NCBI GenBank assembly: GCA_951406725.2
Contig: OX597822.1
Span: forward strand, 8,370,001-8,434,000
DNA: 64,000 nt
Reading direction: 5' to 3'
Origin: Octopus vulgaris
Lineage: Eukaryota
The translations under genes were made by a program, and so were the position numbers. Positions 40,187 to 54,151 of this stretch are shown piece by piece. Under the pieces are notes generated by a model. The model saw nothing but the letters and a program-made list of their open reading frames with translations. It did no database searches and was not told where the DNA came from. Within the stretch, counting starts at the first letter, position 1. Every line of letters starts with the position of its first letter.

Positions 40187-42025
40187 GATCACTTGACCGA
40201 CCAGTCCGTCAGGCGTCTATTTGACACCGCTGGTCACAGCACGCTGTCCACTCCTCTCTGGATCGCGCCTTTCTCATCCACGTGATCCCAATCGTCCTCC
40301 TGAAATCATAACTCCACCGTCGTGAAGGTTTTCCGGGTAGTCTTTTCCGCGCGTGCAAGTACCACTCGACAACTGCGTGGGTCCACCGATTATCGGTGAG
40401 CCGGGCGACGTGTCCAGCCCATCTATACTTGCTGCGTGTATACTCTGCGATGACATCTCTCACGCCGGACTTCTTTCTGATGATCTTGCTACTGATGTGC
40501 TCTCTCAACGAGATACCAAGCATTGATCTTCCCATGGCTCTTTGAGCCGTTACCAGTCTTTGCTCTTCTCTCTTTGTGGTAGCCCATATTTCACTACCAT
40601 ATAACATTGCAGGCACAACTGTACTGTTAATGAGGTTGGCGCGGGTGGTCCTGTCCAACCTTCCCTTGAGCACATCCCTTATGCCATTGAACGCCTTCAA
40701 TCCGGCCCTTACTCTCCGTGAGATCTCCTTTTCAATATCTCGGCACATATTCACTTCCTGTCTCAGGTAGACATATTCTTTTACCTCCTCTATTTCATCA
40801 CTGCCGATCACCATTCGACCTGTTGATACGTTGTCTGACCGCATGAACTTTGTTTTCATGCGGTTCATCTTGAGACCTACTGCAGAGCTTTTGATGTCGA
40901 GCTCCGTCAGCATGGTCTGAAGCTGAGCCGTGTTTTCAGCGATAAGTACGATATAGTCAGCGAAACGGAGGTGGGTGAGGAGCTCGCCATTGATGTTGAC
41001 ACCGCCTTGCCAGTCGATGCCTCTGATGATCTGTTCGAGACATGCAGTGAAAAGTTTTGGGGAGATTGTATCTCCTTGCTTCACTCCCTTCTCGACCGGC
41101 ACTCGTATGGGAGATGACAGTAGAGCTATGTTGGTGGTGCATCCGGAATTTGCCTCTCTGAGCAGCTGCACATATTGCGCTTCGACTCCTTGTCTCTGCA
41201 GCGAGTTCAGCACTGCATTGGTTTCGACGCTATCGAAGGCCTTCTCATAGTCTACAAACGCAACGCAAAGAGGCAGCTTGTACACATTTGCTCGCTCAAG
41301 CAGTTGCGTTAGAGTAAATATATGGTCCATTGTGCTGTAGTTCTTCCGGAAGCCTGCTTGTTCCCTCGGTTGTTGTTCGTCGAGACGACGTGATAACCTG
41401 TTGAGGATTATCTTCGTGAACAGCTTGTGCACGTGAGACAGCAGGCATATGGGTCGGTAGTTCTTTAGATCTTCTCTGTCACCCTTATACAGCAGGATGT
41501 TACTTGACTCTTTCCACTGCGAGGGGATTCTTCCCTCGTCTAGATAGTGCGTAAATCGCTCAGCGAGGATTTTCCAGAGCTGCTCTCTGCCTGACTTTTG
41601 CACATCCGATGTTATACCGTCTTTCCCTGGCGTCTTTCCGTTTTTCATCGAGCCGATGGCTCTTTCAACCTCACAGACAAGGATAGGTGGCACGTTTTCT
41701 TCCTGTTGGAGTGGTGGTAACGGCTAGACATTTCTGGTAGACTTAAAGAGCTTGGTGTAGAAGTATTCGCAAACTTTTTCCATCTCGCTCTTCTCGTTGA
41801 CCGGTATTCCATCTGTATTCTTCAGGGCCGTCACCTCCGATCTATATATGTCCCTCTTGCATTTCTTGAGGCTCTTCTTTTCCTCTGCGGCATTCAAGAG
41901 CTTCTCCCTCCGGTATGCCTCAAAGTCTTTCTTTATTTGCTGACGAATCACTCTGCTGAGAAAGGAATATTCAAGTTGATCTTCAATAGTCCTCTTCATA
42001 ATTTTCCTCTTCTCGATTAACTTCG
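40187..42025 (-). mobile_element. 5'-truncated RTE-clade LINE with 10-bp TSD
   Basis: Encodes an RT domain. TATTTTTATA is duplicated at 40177-40186 and 42026-42035. Very short 3' UTR. No endonuclease domain. Confidence 0.92.
40209..42025 (-). pseudogene. RTE-clade reverse transcriptase, inactivated (premature stop at ~41724, catalytic FADD changed to FADY)
   Basis: KTPGKDGI, NYRPICLLS, QPREQAGFRK..STMDHI, FVDYEKAFDSV, GVKQGDTISPKLF, HLRFADYIVL, YGSEIW, RWAGHVAR. Confidence 0.93.
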
Positions 42026-42044
42026 TATTTTTATATATATACAC

Positions 42045-42111
<67 letters not shown>

Positions 42112-42167
42112 CATATATATATATACCTATATATATACACACAAACACACAAACACATACACACACA

Positions 42168-42229
<62 letters not shown>

Positions 42230-43238
42230 CATACATGCATACATACAAATATACCTACATAAATACACACACATATGCATGCATAAATACATACATACAT
42301 AGAGTAGACTCCGATGTACATGCACATGAGGACTAGAAAAGAACTACGCATTGGAAATATTTAACTGCATTTTTAACTTTATTTGAATGTTATATATTAC
42401 GGTTTTTATATTGTTTTGCAAATATAGATTAACATCCAACTCCTTTTTCTAATATGAAAGGAAAACTTTCGTGAGGTCATGTGAAACCTTGCATTCATAA
42501 TTTTACCCGTCAGTTGAGAATCGTCTTTTGCCAAAATTGCACATAAATGTAAATAGATGGACACCCTAACTACAGTACACCCACTTATTACAAACTTGTT
42601 GATTATTTTCTGTATGTACATTTACTGTATATCATTACACCAAATAAGGAAATTCTGATTTAAACTTAAACACTACAATTATTGAAAATTAGGCGCTTTC
42701 CAAAACTTCCTATCTCTATGATGTCAAGGGGAGTGTAATGTTAAGGAAATCGGAATCGGAATTTCTAGTTCATTTTGTAATTTTATATGAAAAGTGATTT
42801 AATTATTGGTGGAAAATGTATATTCCTTACACTTGAACAATAGCTAAAAGTTTTGAGGTGACATTGCCTGACACAAAAAAGTTGGCCAATAAGCAACTAT
42901 AGATTTTATGCGTTGGGAAATTTGTATTTTAGCCCAAAGGAATGGAAGTGCAAAATATATATATATATAACTGTAATCGGTAGACAGTTGCAAAAAGATT
43001 CAAATTGCAATAGTTATGTATTTGAAACACAAGAGAAAGTGTTGCAAGGGAGAATGTGTTAACATGCAGAATTGAATTGTCTGTTTCTTTGACGGCTGAG
43101 CACAGCCGCACGCACGCCCCGAACAACAAATATGCAATACACACACACAGACGCACGCACACCTATATATATATATACATACATACATAAATATGCGTAT
43201 ATTAATAAATATAAATATGTGTGTGTGTACATATATTT

Positions 43239-43300
<62 letters not shown>

Positions 43301-44327
43301 TTTGCATAATGTATTTCGTTTACGTAATGACTTACTAGACACAACAATTCATACATGCATAAACTCACACACGCGCACACACTCATGAGTATAAGTATGT
43401 ATGTATCTATGTATCGTCGTGTCTAGAGGGGGTAATTACATAAACGAAATACATTAAGCAAACCAAATACAAAAATTATATATATATAAACATATGAATG
43501 GATATACTTAAGCTCTCTATCTTTATATTTATATATATATAAGCCAAATGTTGCCGTCCACCGTGTATTGTTACGTGATAGTCTACATATGAAAATACTG
43601 AATATTTTTGAAAACTTATGTTAGGTGGGAATGGAAATGTTATATCTGCATATGAGCAGAATATACTGAAGGGTAGAATTTGTTAGACTATCGTTTGTGA
43701 AATATGACTTTGCACACGCACAAACACATGCGTGCGTGCGCACACACACACACACATACACGCCTACCCGTACTAAGTCAGTTGCTCACGCAAGCATACT
43801 CATAAAAATGAAATGTTAAATTTGCTTCTTCTCTAGCAAGAGCACATATATCGATGTATATCTCGATACACTTGTGAAAGATAGAAAGATAAAAGAGCTT
43901 CAGTTTCATAACAATTTTCTGGATACATTGTATATATCATTTTACAGCACATTCCATGTGACAATCGAACGTTATTATTATTTTGAATATTTAATGATGC
44001 CATTGTGTACACGTACAGAGTTTTGTTACAATAAGTTAGGAAGAAAATGTTCGTATGTTAGAAGCTAACTACACCAAACTACTAAAATTAAATAATAGCA
44101 GACAATTTTTGTGAGTTCAATATATAATATAGGTATGAGAACATTTTACAAATGCTAATGTCTCTGGATGTATTTCTGCCATACTGTCTCAACTTATTCA
44201 GGTGATTTCATGTGATCATAAAAGAGTCTAGAGCGGCTATGCAAATTTCGAATACAACATTATTTTAGACACACGCGCGCATATACACACACATAAGAGC
44301 ACACACACTTACATACACACAAAGAAG

Positions 44328-44384
<57 letters not shown>

Positions 44385-44429
44385 TTATATATATATATAT
44401 TACTTATTCCTGTATTCGTCTATGTCAGA

Positions 44430-45400
44430 TATTATTAGATTCGGTCATATATGTTTAACCGGCAAGCGTAAGTGTAGGTTAGAGTTACTGTAGTTCAACC
44501 CCAAGCTACAGTGCTCTACTGTTCACGGTTCAGACGTTATATCCTGTTGCTTCCTGACTGCTGGGTTAACGGTTTGCTCTTGTGCCAGTGTAAGCAACGG
44601 GCATTTACTGCTGCACTTTATGCCTAGTTCTATCGTTTCATAATATTCCTAAAGCTGTCAACATCATTCAGTTCCTAAAATCGTGTCACATCTCTTATCT
44701 CTTATTCTAAGAACAGTCAGTTCAATCAGAAGTATCCCCTTTGCCCCCTGAGACCATATTCGTATATCTCACCTCGGGAATATTTCGGAAACGTCGAGAG
44801 ATTAAATTTTTCTCATGTCCCATAACTGCATTACTTGCAAGAGTCTTGTCTTGGTATTTTCAGAGTAGACTGTCTTCATCCGATTCCTACTGGGTTGTAC
44901 TGCTGTGATTTACCTCACCTAAATCAGGAGTTTTGTTCATCAATTTTACGTCATGATGACACCCAGGGCACGGAGAAAACTGTTGCAGTCTTGTTCCCTA
45001 CCAGAATATACATGAACTAGCACGTTTCTCCTCATAATCCGCATTGTAGGTCTTCTCTTATCCCTCTCCCTCACCATATGCGGATCGATGCCAAAGATCA
45101 GACCACTTAATCTTAGCAGTTACACATACTCGGGCTGAATTTGCTCCGCATTCGACGTCTCTATACCCATTCATCGTTCTCCACGTTCTAAGCTCCAAGT
45201 TCTAGTGACAACATTTTTTATCCTTGTGCCTGCTTTTCTCAATTGTCGGAAGATGTTTAATCCGGACACTTGCTTCACCATTCTAAGGGATATCCTTCAA
45301 ACTCGTCCAGTAGTCTACTCGTGACCTTACATTCTCAGTTCAATACTTACATCTTCATTTTATTATACCCGTATTCTTGGGCCTTACATCGGTACTATAT
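44430..45400 (-). pseudogene. Possible very old LINE (RTE-like) relic
   Basis: GC-richer, strand-biased segment with only faint translated similarity to RT-downstream motifs. No clean motif. Confidence 0.25.
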
Positions 45401-45874
45401 TTATATATAATCGTACATAATCGCAAATTGTCACCTTCAACTCATCGATCACTAGTGAAATCACTAGTTGTTACTATCTAAATCTGATACCTAAACTCAA
45501 AAATGTTATGCCGTCAGCGTTGAAAAGTGTTCCACAAATCATTGCAACAAAGCGCTTTGAATAATTTCATAGTTTCCTGACTGCGTATTGTTATGATGGT
45601 ATGTGTGGACTTTATCTTACCTCACGCAGAAGCAGTGCCGAAACTTGTGTTGCTCTGTTTTACAATCAATGGCCGGAATATTGCTCTTTGCCTATCATGA
45701 TGAGGTATGTCTTTAGCATAATACCGGCCCATGGTAAGGAGAAATATCATCTTTGGGTTGAAGAAGAATTGAACCAAATTTGTTTGCATTCGATTTCAAC
45801 AGCCTCCATTATTGTTTATAGATAAATGTTTGAAAGTCTGTATCTTTATATATGACTGCATGAGCGGATATAAA

Positions 45875-45924
<50 letters not shown>

Positions 45925-47663
45925 AGTGGTGTGTGCGTGTAATTGTGGGTGTATAAATTTATGTACATGTGTTATTGTAGACACTCTTACCCGGTTCATA
46001 GCGTATTCGCCACTACAAGTAGAAAAATCGATATTTCACTCTTATTCCTTCAATAAATAAAGCAAAAATACAAATCGTATTTATTGTTTTATTTAAACAC
46101 TACTATTTACAGCTTACCCATTTTCTTTTTTTAGAAACGGGTGATTTTAGAATGATAATTATAAATAGCATTTTAGATTATTTTCTTTTTCCGAACAATT
46201 TGTTGTAATAATTTTCCGAAACAAACCTGTTCAACAACACGAGCGTTTACAAGGAAAAAATGATATTATATGTGAATTTTATTGCTGGTTATTATAAAAT
46301 AAATGACCTCAATGTTTATTTATTTCGTTATGAAAACACACCAAAATATAACCTAAAATTTTAGTTTGCCGAAATTTAACCTACCGTATGAAATGGAGTG
46401 ATTAATTACACAGTAAATAGGGAAGGAAAACACCTCTTAAAAAATGATGAATTACATCAATGAATCTACATATATGTGAGTGTGTCTTTTTACATGAATG
46501 TACGTGACAGCATGTGTATGTATTAGTTCGAGACCAGGTGTATAGGTATGTTCTGTACCTATACCTGTATGCCTGCCATTGAAATGTGTCATGGTTATAT
46601 GTAATAAAATGCAAATCCACTCATGTATAACAGTTAGAAACGGTATAGGATTATACTAAATTCAGAGTAGATATCGGTAACTGATGATTCAAGATATAAA
46701 TGTTAATATGTATAGTCATCCAATTTAATAGAGGACATTATATGTGTGATGAAAATAATAACCCTATTATACAGTATACTGGTGGAAGCTAGATATGTCA
46801 GAATACTTCATCATATATCCTTCCATGTGGTTTATGGACTTCGCTTGGGAAAGTTTGAATAATAATTTAGAGTGATATTAACGTTATTTTCTAGATTCCT
46901 TAATTCGATTTTGCTTTCCATTACGAATCATTAAATATTTATGCTATTTGATGTCACTTTGGATCTGCAATACAATCGTTTACCTGATTAGCTTTTCTAG
47001 ATTCCTACCGAATGAAGAATTTGGATTATGATTTATGAATACTTTTCACTTAATTTAGAATTTTATATCACGATTCCTTCATTTATCGAAATAGCATTAA
47101 GTCGTCTTTGCTAAGAACGAGATTAACGTAGTTTCGGTCTGAGGTTAAAACATACAGAGGGACTAGTTTAATATTGCGATCCTGAATAGAAAGGAGGACA
47201 GATATGCAAAGGGTTATGGAGGATCAACTATGTCGACACTATTATTTCTTGGTAAATATCGTGATTGATCCAAGAAGAATGAAAAGTATATCTAATTTCA
47301 GCGAAGTTTGAAATCAGCACATAGGTATATGCAACTAAATATTGCATAGCATTTTCTTTTTCCGACAACTAATTCTTGTAAAATACGGCCTTCATGAAAC
47401 ATCATCAGTTTTTGTTACGAAGAACAAAGACGAGAATTTTAAGTCAAGATTATAGTTTCAAAATGTTTGTAAAATACATTTATCCTAAATATTAGATCAA
47501 TATCTACTTTGAAGTATTCCTTCACACTTCTTTAGATTGTAATTTCAAATGCCTCCAAGATCAACTTACTTCTTCTTTCCAGGTCAGAAAAGTGAATACC
47601 AAGTAAGGGTGTTGATTCGGACATTTCCGAAAATGTTCTGACACCAAATTCAAAATGAACGTT

Positions 47664-47717
47664 ACTAGCAGTGGTGCTAGTAGTAGCAGTAGTAGTACTA
47701 ATAATAGAAGTAGTAGT

Positions 47718-47752
<35 letters not shown>

Positions 47753-47765
47753 TAGTAGTATTAAC

Positions 47766-47823
<58 letters not shown>

Positions 47824-48413
47824 CTAGTAATAGTAGTAGTAGCAGCAGCAGCATCAGTAGTAGTAGTAGTAGTAGTAGTAGCAGCAGTAGTAATAGTAGT
47901 AGTAGCAGCAACGGCAGAAGTAGTAGTAGTAGTAGTAGCAGTAGTAGTAGTAGTAGTACTAGTAATAGTAGTAGTAACAGCAGCAGCAGAAGTAGTAGTA
48001 TTAGTAGTAGTATCAGTAGTAGTAGTAGTACTAGTAATAGTAGTAGTAGCAGTAACAGTAGTAGCAGCAGCAGCAGTAGTGGTAGTAGTAGTAGTAGTAT
48101 TAGCAGCAGTAGTAGTAGTAGTAATAGTAGCAGCAACAGCAGCAGCAGTAGCAGCAGCCGTAGTAGCAGTAGTAGTAGCAGTAGTAGTAGTAGTAGCAGT
48201 AGTAGTATATCAAACAGTTTGCAAAAAATCAAAATAAAACTGCGGCCGTGGCTACCGCTGCTGCTGCTGCTGCCACTACTACTACTACTACTACTGCTAC
48301 TACTACTGCTGCTGCCGCTGTTGCTGCGACTACTACTACTACTACTGCTGCTACTACTGCTTCTGCTGCCGCACTGCTGCTGCTGCTGCTACTACCACTA
48401 CTACTGCTGCTAC

Positions 48414-48448
<35 letters not shown>

Positions 48449-48503
48449 CTACTACTCTACTACCACTACTACTACTGCTGCTGCTACTACTACTACTACT
48501 ACA

Positions 48504-48600
<97 letters not shown>
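47664..48600. repeat. Inverted compound trinucleotide repeat: (TAG/CAG)n - ~43-bp spacer - (CTA/CTG)n
   Basis: 47664-48206 is (AGT/AGC)n and 48250-48600 is its complement class. Explains the poly-Ser, poly-Leu and poly-Val ORFs. Confidence 0.95.
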
Positions 48601-49299
48601 ATGTCTCTTCCCTAATGAAAATATTTAATAATAGCGAATTAAAATTGAGACACAGGTGCATTATATTCCGGGGAAATATATTGAGTTATAATGATTTTAA
48701 ATCATACCTGGTAATTATTTTATTCATCAATAATATTTTGGAACTTCATTTTTGTATTTGGTTAGCAAGATTCTTGTTGCGCATTCGTGTGTTGAAACAA
48801 AACTTGTTGTGCCTAAGGAGGGCTATGCTGCCAATAAAAATGAATATAAACAAACGCACCGTTTCCAATCCACTTCCTTGTAGGAGGAATTACAACCGTG
48901 TTTCGTGGTCTGCTACCAAAACAGCTCCTTTATAGGATCCAGTTAGCTCAAGACATTATCAGGAGGAACCACGTCCGGTTTCGGCCCCTACTCCTCTACC
49001 GTTTTGACGTGGCGACCCCACCCCTTCGGAGGTGTCTTCGGTTCTGGTGTTGGGTGCATTTCTTCTTCTTTCTTCTTTCTTCGGTTCCCTGGCCTCTTCG
49101 ATGTATCGTCAGCGAGTGTCAGCGAGTGTCAGCCGATGACTCACTGACTTGTCAATTTTTTCCCTTTAAATACCCGCCCATAGGCTCCAGCAGGCAGCCC
49201 CAGTAAGTTGTCACGTGACACTCTCTCCCCTTAAGCGTCAACTACCAATTCAAGGGTTTAATGTGCTGAGTGACAACCAATCGGTTGTTATTATTCTCT

Positions 49300-49340
49300 T
49301 TTATAGTTCTTTCGTCACTATTCGCGACCTCTGCAGTGAC
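49300..49340 (-). ncRNA. Degenerate hammerhead-like motif
   Basis: GUCA-CUGCAGA-G-GUCGC gaaua GUGAC-GAAA-GAAC-UA. Stem II and III are arranged as in the 20131 and 61109 motifs, but A6 is changed to C and stem I is broken. Confidence 0.45.
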
Positions 49341-50327
49341 ACGTTCTCGCTCTTCAAGGCCTACTTTGCGAAATAATCTTATGCCTATGTTTGTATGTAT
49401 GTAGGTTGCTGTGCGAGTATTTACTTATGGGTGTGCGTTCAGTTGTGTGTATATATGTGTGTGTGTGTAGTCGGTTGTTTTCTGACTACATAAGCGACTG
49501 TGTGTATGTTTGGGTGTTTACGTTCTTCTGTGCATGTGTTTTTATGTGTTTGTATGAATGGTTTAGCGATGTAGCTCGTGTTATTTTTATATGTAGGTAG
49601 GCCTCTGTATGCATGATTCCATGTGTGCATTTTTGTGTGCGTCTATACAAGTGTGCGTGCATGCTCTTGTACCTGTCTATGTGTGTATGTGTGTGATTGT
49701 GTATTTTTGTATGTGTTTTCGTTTGTGCATGAATGTGTATGGCCGTGATGTTTATGAAATTCTGTGTATTCTGTTGTCATTCCAATACTACGCTATATAT
49801 GACCACCTACGAGTACATATGTTCTCTCTTCGTACACACACGTATCCATGCCTACAGTTTGTATGTGTTGCGTGGGTATCGTTCCTGTATGGTGGGATGC
49901 ATACCCTTTGCTGTATGGAAAGTGTGTGCGCTAAATCCTTGTCATATCATAGGGCCCGTGACTGAGGTTGTAGAAGAGAGATTCTTGGATGCTGTTGAAG
50001 TTACTATCGCAATTGTTCTCATTGTAGTTGAGGTTGCCGTGAATGTCGTTGTTGACATTGTTGTGGTTTGTGTTGCTGTTGTTGTTGCTGTTGTCTTTGT
50101 TGTTGTCTTTGTTGTTGTTGTTTTCGTTACTGTTGCCGTTGTAGTTGTTATTGACGTTGCTCTTGGTATTGCGATGGGGATCACAGAAGCTCACCTTAAT
50201 CCATGTACACGAAAGCACACATGGCATACACAGTGACACACACAAGCACACACAAAAACACAGGCATACTTACGGACATGCAGACGCACACAAAAATGCG
50301 CACACGGCAACATACACAGGCTCTAAC

Positions 50328-50825
50328 CTGTTTCTTTACTACCCACAAGGGGCTAAACACAGAGAGGACGAACAAGGACAGACAAACGGATTAAGTCGAT
50401 CATATGGGGTAGAAAGGGCTCCTTAGCCGTAGTGAAGGCAATCTGTCTAGGGAGATAACCTTACAATAAATCACTGGGTCCGTAGCTTAGAAATACTGGG
50501 TTGACGTCCAGCGGGAACAGCTTTGTTTCATGGAGGAGGAAAGATCTTCTTTAGTACCTGGTTGTACAATGCTTTCCAATGTGTGTAGTAGTGGCGCGCG
50601 CACACATTATTAGCCATTTGAAAAGACTATGAAAGTCTCGACCACGGTCGAACAATGATGATGATGATATCGACCCCAGTGCGTAACTGGTACTTATTTA
50701 ATCGACCCCGAAAGGATGAAAGGCAAAGTCGACCTCGGCGGAATTTGAACTCAGAACGTAACGGCAGACGAAATACCGCTAAGCATTTCGCCCGGCGCGC
50801 CAACGTTTCTGCCAGCTCGTCGCCT
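50328..50825 (-). mobile_element. SINE family B split by a ~268-bp insertion
   Basis: 3' part 50328-50400 and 5' part 50669-50825 join to GGATTAAGTCGAT|ATCGACCCCAGTG. TAACC on both flanks. Confidence 0.85.
50401..50668 (+). mobile_element. Short non-autonomous retroposon with a 3' stem-loop and (ATG)n tail
   Basis: Cleanly interrupts a SINE B. Ends TCGACC-AC-GGTCGA-ACA-(ATG)4. No Pol III boxes recognised. Confidence 0.6.
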
Positions 50826-51369
50826 AACCGATTAAAAAATTAAAGAGCTATACCACACAAACAGATACACATACTGAAAAAAAGGTAACACACACAAAGA
50901 AGGCTCACACTCAAAACATAAATGCAGGCGCTTAACCGTTCAAAAACCAACCGACTTCATCACACATACACAGACGTAGACGTATAAGCACACATATACA
51001 CAACCGAACGCGCGCACATAAGTAAGCACTCACGTATCTAATGCACATATTCGTACACACACGCATGCAAACACATAGGCCTGAGGCTAGTTCTCAGAGA
51101 GACGCAAAGCAGAACTAAAAGAATGAGAGTACGTCATTGAGAAGATAGTGATGTGTGATGAAGGGATGTTGAAAAAGAACGCTAACGAACGATTGATGAT
51201 TTAATCAAAACGTTAAACCATTGGATAGTTGGTTGGTAAAAAAAAATAATAGTATGAAACCAGTGCGTGTGCTTCTTCAAATTTTTAATGGCATAATTAT
51301 CCTAAGAAATATATGCATATTTGTGTATGTATATATATATATATATATATATGTATATGTATATGTATG

Positions 51370-51467
<98 letters not shown>

Positions 51468-51662
51468 ATGCATACATACAGACATACACAGAAAGACGCA
51501 TATATAGGCACGACGGTGAGACCAAAATCGAAAACCAATGTCTAGATCCACAGGACAAAGAAATGAAAATTAAGTCTGGGAGTAACTATATATTCATTCA
51601 GGCACTTCAGAACAAAAAGCAATACATATTTTGTTGATCAAACGATTATTGATGGTATGCTC

Positions 51663-51743
<81 letters not shown>

Positions 51744-51974
51744 GTATATATCAGCTCCTCCTCAACCTGGGAGGCACATCCATCAGCTTTTCCTTCCCAG
51801 CCGTACTCTCGGCCTTTCGATGATTCCGACATCGCACAGACATCATTATAGAAACGGCCGACATGGGGTGGAGCGGTGGTGGTGTGGACCGCGGGCCTCT
51901 ACATGACGGAAGCTCTCCGCCAGCTTCAAGACACCTATTTCTACTGCCCTCTGCTCTCCAACCCCACACCCAGC

Positions 51975-52345
51975 TAGCGATATTTCGTCTGCCATTACCT
52001 TCTCAGTTCAAATTCCGCCGAGGTCGACTTTGCCTTTCATCTTTTTGGAGTCGATTAAATAAGTTCAGTTACGGACTGGGGTCGATATAATCGACTTAAT
52101 CCGTTTGTCTGTCCTTGTTTGTCCTCTCTGCTTTTAGCCCGTTGTGGGTAGAAAAGAAATAGATATTTCGTCTGCCGTTACGTTCTGAGTTCAAATTCCA
52201 CCGAGGTCGACTTTGCCTTTCATCTTTTTGGAGTCGATTAAAAAGTACCAGTTACCCACCGGGGTCAATATAATAGACTTAATCCGTTTGTCTGTCCTTG
52301 TTTGTCCCTTCTGTGTGTAGCCCCTTATGTGTAATAAAGAAATAA
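51975..52345 (+). mobile_element. Tandem dimer of 5'-truncated SINE family B
   Basis: Two consecutive units (51975-52162, 52163-52345), each ATATTTCGTCTGCC...GAGGTCGACTTTGCCTTTCATCTTTTTGGAGTCGATTAAA...AAAGAAATA. Confidence 0.85.
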
Positions 52346-54151
52346 GTATATATACATAGACATACACGCCCACACAATATATATATATTTAGTAACAAAG
52401 AGAGAATGAAAGAAGGAAACAAACAAACAAACATACAAATAACATAAAAATGAGGATGCTGGAAAATTCTTGTCATAAACGCGAGGTTCGATATGATGTA
52501 CGTTTGATTCAAATTTTGAATGTTACGATTCTAGATCAGAGACCTTGAACATTTTCTTGAAATTATGCATGGAAATGTGTTTATACGTTGCATCTAATCG
52601 TGTGTACATACACAGCCATCTGCAATGAAACAGTCTCACACTCAAGTAGATGCACTAATTCCCGCTTGCGTGTGCACGCACCAGAGGCGCATATTTCTGC
52701 ATATAAAGCATTTTCTTTGTGTTCGGTCTCTCATTTTCACATGAATGCCATCAAGATTTTGTTGAACTTGTTGTCAAAATAATTCATGAGTGATTAATTC
52801 GATATTTTGCAATTCCGAACGTGACGTTCTCTATGTTAAAATGCGTGACATTTTTTTTTTTTTGCTCTACGACTACCTAGGTTATAATGGCGGACTTATT
52901 TTACCGGTAGTCTCATGTAGCCAGGCAATGACAGGCTGCAATGAAGAGAATATGCATATATATATATATATATATTTTTTTTTTAATCTTGTAATCTTGC
53001 ATATGTTTTTCTATATTGCGTGAGTGTGTGTAAACATGTGTATAATATATTCAGCTCTATTGAGCACACGGAATTTTGCCATGTTTTTGAAATAAAACAG
53101 ATTTTACTATACCTTTACAAACGTTTTTTCTTTTTTTTATATAATAGTTACATAACAGTCAATGAAAAACAAGCTGAAAAAATGGATCAATAATTTTCCA
53201 CCTTTTAGGTTACAGAAGGATATCGGAGTTAACATATTAATGCATTGATGATTTAGTTTGTAATCTAAATTTGCAAAATTGTATCTCAATACTTAATCGG
53301 TATTTAGACTTGGTCAGTGTGGAACATATTAAAGCAGTTTACTTAACAAACAAAACGCATTGAAAACTATTTAACTATTACTGATTTATCTGCTTATGCA
53401 TAAGCAGTTTATACCCAAGAAAGTCAATAACTGTAGGATAAACGGAGAATAATATATAAGTATTTGTAGGTTTCTATCTCTTTAGCTGCACCGATTGTCC
53501 GTTGGCTATCACAGTGTGAGGTTATTTATAATTCCTTGCCAATCATTTCAGACAAGGAAAGTCTTTATAAAATTTCCTCTATCACTCCATAAGAGAGTGA
53601 TGAACTGAATCTGTAGCTATTTAGCATGCATTGTCAGTCTTTTGAGTCTACAACCGCCAATATTCTTATACAAATTCTAATAACCTGCAGCGCATTGGTG
53701 GAGATTGAACAGGCGTGTAGGAGAAAATTCTGACATTAATCGTTAATAAAAGCTTTAGGTTTCATTGAAAACAGTCCTTTTGTGGAAGAATCGAAAAAAT
53801 AAAATGAATTTTGCTAGTCTTCTATAAAGAAAAAAGTTACATAACATGGAAGAAATATCCAACAAATGTTTGAGTTTGTAAACAGGTTTAATAAATAGTG
53901 GTTTACAGAACTTGGAACGTATTTCGATTTCAAATACTGACATAAAAAATGTTTTATGTACACTACTAAAACCTCAAGATTAATTCATAAATCAGCGGAA
54001 TTTTATATAGTCTGACAAGGTCTTCAGACTTTCATTAGACTGGAAACAGAAATAGAAAAATTACACGCATGAATACATGCACACACACCCACACACACAA
54101 AGAGCACAACACACTCACGCACGCAGGCACACACACACATACATACATACA

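Noticed and set aside
47561-48935. Long ORFs (426 aa poly-Ser/Leu/Thr, 223 aa poly-Leu, 188 aa poly-Val)
   Set aside because: These are stop-free frames of trinucleotide microsatellites with no domain or splice context.
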